From: Zymomonas mobilis subsp. mobilis ATCC 10988
Lineage (GTDB): Bacteria > Pseudomonadota > Alphaproteobacteria > Sphingomonadales > Sphingomonadaceae
Direction: 5' to 3'
Assembly (NCBI RefSeq): GCF_000175255.2
Contig: NC_017262.1
Location: 600,001-632,000 of the forward strand
Length of the DNA stretch: 32,000 nt
Shown: one piece after another, positions 28,204 to 32,000 of the stretch
Layout of the letters: every line of letters starts with the position of its first letter
Numbering within the stretch: position 1 is the stretch's first letter
The notes under the pieces: generated by a model
Databases searched by the model: none
The model's input: only the letters and a program-made list of their open reading frames with translations
What the model was told of the DNA's origin: nothing
Made by a program: the position numbers and the translations under genes

Positions 28204-28737
28204 TCATTTGATCTCTTCATTGGGATCAACACCCCATAGATTGCGGCTATTGATATAGCCCGTCTGACCACGAATGTTAAATAGACACCAATTCTCACGA
28301 CATTTTGAAACACGACCAATCACACCATTTTCAGCCCGCCAGATAACGGACGCCGTTGCCGAAGGCTCTGCATATAAATTTTGGATACCAACACCATTCA
28401 AAATCGCGGTGCGCCTGTCAGAAAGTAAGGCCGAGGCAATCCATCCAGTTGCCCCGTCAATATCTTCCACTTTTCTCCAATTTTCATGACGGGCAACCAC
28501 TTTTACAGGCAAATCAGGCCGCTGGTAATGCCAAATCGCGGGATAATTCGCTCCGGGGCCACTCCGCATAAAGGCTTCACTGGCACTAATCGAAGCCCAA
28601 TAAGGCAGCGTTGTATGAATAACGGCGGCTGAAAGCGGCGATATAATAAAAAAAACGGGACAAAGACAAAAAATAAAAAATTGGGCGACAGCACAGAATA
28701 ATTTTCTTTTCCCTGACTGAAATACACGCACCATCAT
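28204..28737 (-). CDS. Exported bacterial SH3-domain protein
   Basis: 177 aa; signal-like FFIFCLCPVFFIISPLSAA; ASEAFMRSGPGANYPAIWHYQRPDLPVKVVARHENWRKVEDIDGATGWIASALLSDRR plus a second SH3-like unit. Confidence 0.88.
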   Translation of the reverse strand: MMVRVFQSGKRKLFCAVAQFFIFCLCPVFFIISPLSAAVIHTTLPYWASISASEAFMRSGPGANYPAIWHYQRPDLPVKVVARHENWRKVEDIDGATGWIASALLSDRRTAILNGVGIQNLYAEPSATASVIWRAENGVIGRVSKCRENWCLFNIRGQTGYINSRNLWGVDPNEEIK

Positions 28738-29051
28738 ATCTGCCTAAGCCTAGCTGTTGTTCAGAATATCACTTGATAACCAAGACTATTCTTCAAATGG
28801 AACCGGAATAAACTGATAAAAAAAGAACGTCATCCGCCGAACAGGGCGTTATCCTTTTATTACCTCTAGATATAAAGCCCCAAAATCACGCGTTCATTTC
28901 ATCAGTCACGCTCTATATAGAGAAAAAATACCAAAATGAGAAAGCCTTAACATCTCTTATTCGCCATAAAAAAGGCTTCCCTTATCGAATTTATGCTGCT
29001 ACAGAGCCTCTTCCACATCGATTTGATTGATGACGATCGCATTTCTAAGCG

Positions 29052-29141
<90 letters not shown>

Positions 29142-29291
29142 ATCTTTATTATTCGTATTTAAATATAAATTTTTGTTTATTAAAATGATTATTGCCATCT
29201 TGATAGTAATTTTTCTATTAAGCTATCTATCTTTTGAAAAATTTATTTTATAAACAAAGATATTTCTATAATTTTTATAAAAGAATTAAAA

Positions 29292-30548
29292 ATGAGGATA
29301 CTTGTTGATAGTTTAAATTTATCTTTACCATTCGGTACAGGGATTACTACCTATACAAATAATTTTATTACAAACTCCGTGGAATGCGGCCATGAGATAG
29401 ATATTCTTCTTGGAAATAATACTTCTCATTTTGGCAATTGCTCTTCTCTGAATGAAATTTTATTTTTTAGTAATAAAAAAAAATCTACACTAGGCCCTAT
29501 ACAAAGATTTTATAGGGAAATTAAAACGTGCTTTGCTCCCAGAGTAAACGAAATTTCTTTTGTCAGAAGTCAAAATGACCTCCCTATTAATCATGCATGG
29601 CACATAAGACAGCTTTACAGAAGTGCAATGGCAGCCTTTAAACATTTCGGTCGATTTACTGAGTTAGATATCCCAGGAATTGATATTGCACATTGGACAT
29701 CTGCTATGCCAATCTGTATTCGCAATGCTATTAACGTATACACAATTCATGATATTGTTCCTTTATTGTACCCAGAATTTGTTTTAAATAATCATTTACT
29801 TTATAAAAAATTAATTTTTTCTATAGATAAAAAATCTGATTTTATATTAACAGTTTCTGAAAATTCAAGAAAAGATATAATATCGATACTAGGGTGTGAT
29901 AATAGTAAAGTAATAAATACTTATCAATCAATTGAAAATGGCTTTTGGAATAAACCATTTAAAAATGGAAAAGAAATTCCTGAAGGCTTAGAAGAAAAAA
30001 AATATTTTTTATTTTTTGGTGCAGTAGAGCCTAAAAAAAATATTGCTAGAATTATTGCTGCTCATAAAGAAAGTAAAACTAAACTACCATTAGTTCTTGT
30101 TGTTTCACAAGGGTGGGGATGTGATGATGTATGGGAAGAAATAAATAATTACTCTAATGATGGATCAAGGCGTTGTATTGTAATCAAATATTTACAACGA
30201 GATGATTTAATTAACATAATTTCGCATGCTAAAGCGCTCATTTTTCCTTCTTTATATGAAGGCTTTGGTTTACCAGCTCTCGAAGCTATGGCATTGGGAA
30301 CCCCCGTGGTTGGGTCAACAGAAGGCAGTCTTCCAGAAATTATTGGCCAAGCTGGAATATTAGTAAATCCTTTAAGTGTCGAAGAATTGAAAAATGCTAT
30401 AATACAGCTAGAATATAATCCAGAACTCACAAAAAAACTTATACAAGCAGGGAAAGATCGTGCGATCTTTTTCTCTAATAGCGCTTATTGTAAGCGTTTG
30501 TCTTCTGCCTTAGACCTTTGCAGTGCGAAATTACATAAATTAAAATAA
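29292..30548 (+). CDS. Glycosyltransferase, GT4-like
   Basis: 418 aa; FFGAVEPKKNIARIIAAH and FPSLYEGFGLPALEAMALGTPVVGSTEGSLPEIIGQAGILV. Confidence 0.93.
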   Translation: MRILVDSLNLSLPFGTGITTYTNNFITNSVECGHEIDILLGNNTSHFGNCSSLNEILFFSNKKKSTLGPIQRFYREIKTCFAPRVNEISFVRSQNDLPINHAWHIRQLYRSAMAAFKHFGRFTELDIPGIDIAHWTSAMPICIRNAINVYTIHDIVPLLYPEFVLNNHLLYKKLIFSIDKKSDFILTVSENSRKDIISILGCDNSKVINTYQSIENGFWNKPFKNGKEIPEGLEEKKYFLFFGAVEPKKNIARIIAAHKESKTKLPLVLVVSQGWGCDDVWEEINNYSNDGSRRCIVIKYLQRDDLINIISHAKALIFPSLYEGFGLPALEAMALGTPVVGSTEGSLPEIIGQAGILVNPLSVEELKNAIIQLEYNPELTKKLIQAGKDRAIFFSNSAYCKRLSSALDLCSAKLHKLK

Positions 30549-30596
30549 AATAACATTAAAATTCAAAACTATTCATACAATAGAAAGGATTGTTTA

Positions 30597-31580
30597 ATGC
30601 GCTATCTTGTCACTGGCGGCGCAGGTTTTGTTGGAAGCCATACTGTTTTGGCTCTTCTAGATGCTGGCCACGAAGTTGTTGTTCTTGATAATTTAAGTAC
30701 TGGACACATCCAAGCTGTTCCTAAAAGTGTTGAATTTCATCATGTTGATTTACTAGACAAAACAGCCATAGCAAACGTAATCGCTAACCGTGCATGGGAT
30801 GGAGTTTTTCATTTTGCGGCACTTTCTCAAGTCGCAGAAAGCATGAGAAAACCATTAAAATACTTTTACCATAATTATCTTACAGCTTTTAATCTTATTC
30901 AGACTTGTATTGAAAATAACATAAATAAGCTGGTATTCTCTTCTACAGCTGCATTATTCGGGGGAGAGAATAGAGTTGATCCAATCTCCGAAACTGATCT
31001 CATTCAGCCAGGATCGCCATATGGCGAGAGTAAATACATGATCGAACGGATTCTATATTGGGCTGATAGAATATATCATTTGCACAGTGCATGTTTACGA
31101 TATTTTAATGCAGCTGGGGCAGATCACTTAGGGCGAGCTGGAGAAGATCATCGACCAGAAACACATCTTATTCCTTTAACAATAGATTCGGCTTTAGGAC
31201 GGCGACCTACATTAAAATTATTCGGAACTGACTATCCAACCCGAGACGGATCTTGTATCCGCGATTATGTTCATGTTTCTGATCTTGCAAACGCCCATTT
31301 ACGCGCAATTGATCAAATCAATGATCGGAGCGTTGTATATAACGTTGGGAATGGACAAGGATATTCTAATTTAGAAGTTATAGAGTCTGTCGAACGAGTA
31401 AGTGGTCAAAAAGTTTCATGGGAACCAGCCCCACGTCGACAAGGTGATCCTGCAGTATTAGTAGCAGATTCTACAGCTCTGCAAAAAGATACTGGCTGGA
31501 TGACAAATTTTGGCAGTATCGACAAAATTGTTGAAACAGCCTTATTATGGCGTGAAAAACATCCACAAGGATATATTTAA
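30597..31580 (+). CDS. galE: UDP-glucose 4-epimerase-like SDR
   Basis: 327 aa; YLVTGGAGFVGSHTVLALLDAGHEVVVLDNLS, SPYGESKYMIE (YxxxK), GTDYPTRDGSCIRDYVHVSDLA. Confidence 0.93.
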   Translation: MRYLVTGGAGFVGSHTVLALLDAGHEVVVLDNLSTGHIQAVPKSVEFHHVDLLDKTAIANVIANRAWDGVFHFAALSQVAESMRKPLKYFYHNYLTAFNLIQTCIENNINKLVFSSTAALFGGENRVDPISETDLIQPGSPYGESKYMIERILYWADRIYHLHSACLRYFNAAGADHLGRAGEDHRPETHLIPLTIDSALGRRPTLKLFGTDYPTRDGSCIRDYVHVSDLANAHLRAIDQINDRSVVYNVGNGQGYSNLEVIESVERVSGQKVSWEPAPRRQGDPAVLVADSTALQKDTGWMTNFGSIDKIVETALLWREKHPQGYI

Positions 31581-31666
31581 GATAAATCTTATAATAAATT
31601 ATAATAGTATTAATTTTTACAACAATTGATGGATTCTATTGTCATCAATAAAGGTATCTTTTAAAA

Positions 31667-31948
31667 ATGAGCGATCTAAAAGAAAAATTAGATTTTTCAA
31701 TATATCGAGATAAAAATACGCCTACATTGTTAGCGTATAAAGATTTAGAAAATTCTTTTATTACTTTTTACCAAAGAAATCTTCGACTAAAAAGTTCTCT
31801 TTCGTGGAAAATTACTTTCCCAATAAGAAGAATTCGTCAGTTTGTCTATCGCTGGAGAGATCGTTTCAGTAAATTATTTTTAGCCTTCCAGCATAATTGT
31901 ATTATAATAGGTTGCAAAAAAAAAAGTTATCTCGCTTTCGTGGGCTAA
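31667..31948 (+). CDS. Hypothetical or glycan-cluster protein, 93 aa as read; may be the 5' part of a longer gene
   Basis: ATG after a purine-rich site; ends just past an A10 run. Another frame after the run stays open to the window edge. Confidence 0.5.
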   Translation: MSDLKEKLDFSIYRDKNTPTLLAYKDLENSFITFYQRNLRLKSSLSWKITFPIRRIRQFVYRWRDRFSKLFLAFQHNCIIIGCKKKSYLAFVG

Positions 31949-32000
31949 CTAAAATTGATTTAGCTTACCATAATTGGCGACAAAATAATCCATTGCCTCG

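Noticed and set aside
29142-32000. Second att-like copy of the tRNA-Ser 3' end or an integrase gene
   Set aside because: I looked for a repeat of CCTCTCCGCCA and for integrase-like motifs in the visible part and saw none; the far end of the segment is outside the window.

Overview
This 32 kb window looks like an ordinary core segment of a sphingomonad-type alphaproteobacterial chromosome. The protein sequences resemble Zymomonas, but that is my inference from gene content and not a database result. Supportable genes are: a partial RND efflux pump (minus strand, left edge), an MBL-fold hydrolase, a small SAM-dependent methyltransferase, a LysR regulator, a cyclophilin-type PPIase, mgtE, mnmA, a DcaP/porin-like outer membrane protein with a long N-rich linker, glnD, thrS, an alpha/beta hydrolase, a TPR protein, a gloA-gloB pair, an isochorismatase-fold hydrolase followed by two paralogous proteins built from 43-residue TPR-like repeats, an SCP2-like protein, a glutaredoxin, a ChpT-like phosphotransferase, a JAMM/MPN+ peptidase-like protein, rluD-like, rpoH, cysK-like, two exported small proteins and tRNA-Ser(UGA). 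Immediately after the tRNA-Ser the DNA becomes markedly AT-rich and carries glycan-biosynthesis genes (a GT4-like glycosyltransferase, a galE-like epimerase, and a truncated ORF with an A10 run). I found no CRISPR array, transposase, integrase or obvious defence system. The best candidates for follow-up are the tRNA-adjacent AT-rich glycan segment, the two 43-residue repeat proteins, and a small terminator-ended minus-strand unit divergent from the LysR gene.
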